Below, piece after piece: positions 63,076 to 64,000 of a stretch of DNA of 64,000 nucleotides (positions are counted from its first letter, which is position 1; each line of letters starts with the position of its first letter). Under the pieces are notes generated by a model. It made no database searches. It saw nothing but the letters and a program-made list of their open reading frames with translations, and had not been told where the DNA came from. Source of the DNA: Patescibacteria group bacterium (GTDB lineage: Bacteria; Patescibacteriota; UBA1384; XYA2-FULL-43-10); assembly GCA_041674405.1 (NCBI GenBank), contig JBAYVT010000005.1, positions 7,120 to 71,119 of the forward strand. Reading direction: 5' to 3'. The translations under genes were made by a program, and so were the position numbers.

Positions 63076-63110
63076 ACTAAAAAATCCCTCGATTTCTCTC
63101 GGGATTTTAT
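63076..63110 (-). terminator. Rho-independent terminator 3' of the small zinc-ribbon gene
   Basis: AATCCC-TCGATTTCTCTC-GGGATT hairpin. The minus strand is followed by TTTTTTAG. Confidence 0.55.
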
Positions 63111-63117
63111 TTCCAGG

Positions 63118-63339
63118 CTAAAATTCATCGTCAGCTGCGCCTTGCATCCTTTCAAGCGGTATTTCTTCTTCTGCAAGATCCATCGGCTCAAATTCTTCAC
63201 CAGGATAATCATTCTCTTTTCGGGTATCATCATCAGTGTCGCCGATATTGACCATACTACCGCCACAGGGGCATTTCTCTTCACCCGGATCATCTAGTGT
63301 AGAGTGTCCGCATTCTTCGCAGACCCATTCATTTGGCAT
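63118..63339 (-). CDS. Small zinc-ribbon protein (CEEC...CPC) with acidic C-terminal tail
   Basis: 73 aa. The WVCEECGH and EKCPCGG Cys pairs. Own terminator. Upstream of cysS on the same strand. Confidence 0.5.
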   Translation of the reverse strand: MPNEWVCEECGHSTLDDPGEEKCPCGGSMVNIGDTDDDTRKENDYPGEEFEPMDLAEEEIPLERMQGAADDEF

Positions 63340-63450
63340 CTTCCCTCTTTGTTTTAATTTTATACTTTTCAGATTTTATATGTCAGAATTTCCAATGTCA
63401 ATGAACAACAATTATCCTCTCTGGCAGCAGAATTTATGAGTTATCAACAG

Positions 63451-64000
63451 CTACATGTAATCTTTTCTGCCTTCCAGTGAACGCTTCAGCGTAACTTCAT
63501 CGGCATACTCAAGATCACCGCCAACTGGCAAACCTCTAGCAATCCGGGTAATTTCTATACTGCTGTTTTTAGTTTTTACCTTGTCTTTAATATACGCAGC
63601 GGTGGCTTCTCCCTCCAGGTCCGGATTAGTTGCAAGAATTATTTCGTCAAATTTCTCATTGTCCAATCTTTTCAAAAGTTCAGAAATTCTTAGTTCTTCC
63701 GGGCCAATTCCATCAATCGGGGAGATGGATCCACCAAGAACATGATAGATGCCATTAAATCCACCGGACTTTTCGAGAGCAATTACATCAAGCGGTTCTT
63801 CTACGACAGCCAAGACCGATTTGTTTCTTTTATCATCAATGCATATTTTGCATATATTTTCTTCCGAAAAATTGAAACATTTTTCACACTTTTTCATACC
63901 ATCAGAAATGCCTAGCACAGCATCACCAAGTGATTTAATATCTGTTTCGGGCTTAGTCAAAAGATAAAAAGTAAGCCTTGCAGCCGTTTTTGGCCCAACA
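63451..64000 (-). CDS. recR: Recombination protein RecR (C4 zinc finger plus Toprim), N-terminus outside window
   Basis: CEKCFNFSEENICKIC zinc finger, VLAVVEEPLDVIALEKSGGFNGIYHVLGG Toprim and ILATNPDLEGEATAAYI. Confidence 0.8.
   Translation of the reverse strand, partial: VGPKTAARLTFYLLTKPETDIKSLGDAVLGISDGMKKCEKCFNFSEENICKICIDDKRNKSVLAVVEEPLDVIALEKSGGFNGIYHVLGGSISPIDGIGPEELRISELLKRLDNEKFDEIILATNPDLEGEATAAYIKDKVKTKNSSIEITRIARGLPVGGDLEYADEVTLKRSLEGRKDYM

Noticed and set aside
1-64000. tRNA, rRNA and CRISPR scan
   Set aside because: No T-loop or D-loop-like GGTTCGANTCC contexts in intergenic DNA. No rRNA-like conserved blocks. The tandem repeats present have 7-14 bp units without spacers and are not CRISPR arrays.

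Overview
The window is low-GC (about 35-40%), gene-dense bacterial chromosome that uses the standard genetic code; long ORFs such as enolase and the UvrD-like gene are intact across TGA. Most of it is housekeeping in a Gram-positive-like layout, for example hisS, rlmD, lexA, trxB, rarA, eno, rpsU-yqeY-HD-ybeY-dgkA, ftsA-ftsZ, nrdR, trxA, secDF, tgt, rplA-rplJ-rplL, pth, ybaB, prfB, a cupin-type PGI, dus, cysS and recR. Small gene sizes, frequent leaderless starts, KE-rich extensions on ribosomal proteins and LPXTG/DUF11 surface proteins fit a small-genome lineage, possibly Patescibacteria/CPR, but that is inference. Three things stand out. First, six discrete GC-rich islands (about 55-62% GC) sit cleanly in intergenic gaps. 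Several look like self-contained cassettes with a sigma70-like promoter, a strong GGAGG Shine-Dalgarno, a small Cys-containing or secreted-protein ORF and a rho-independent terminator. Horizontal acquisition, or alternatively an assembly chimera, are the candidate explanations. Second, a roughly 12 kb minus-strand accessory locus (31.4-43.4 kb) carries two divergent TM-anchored VirB4/TrbE-like ATPases, a sigma-region-4 plus HARE-HTH protein, disordered acidic proteins and an 828-aa glycine-zipper membrane protein. It has no recognisable VirD4 or VirB6. Third, a direct-repeat GTTYGS-N5-GTTYGG motif (the GTTC-N7-GTTC type) occurs upstream of lexA as an inverted pair and upstream of rarA and rmuC, suggesting a compact SOS regulon. 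Smaller observations are in-frame short tandem repeats (7-9 bp units) inside tgt, dus and cysS, a dispersed AT-rich intergenic element and an archaeal-type cupin PGI. No rRNA, tRNA or CRISPR array was found.
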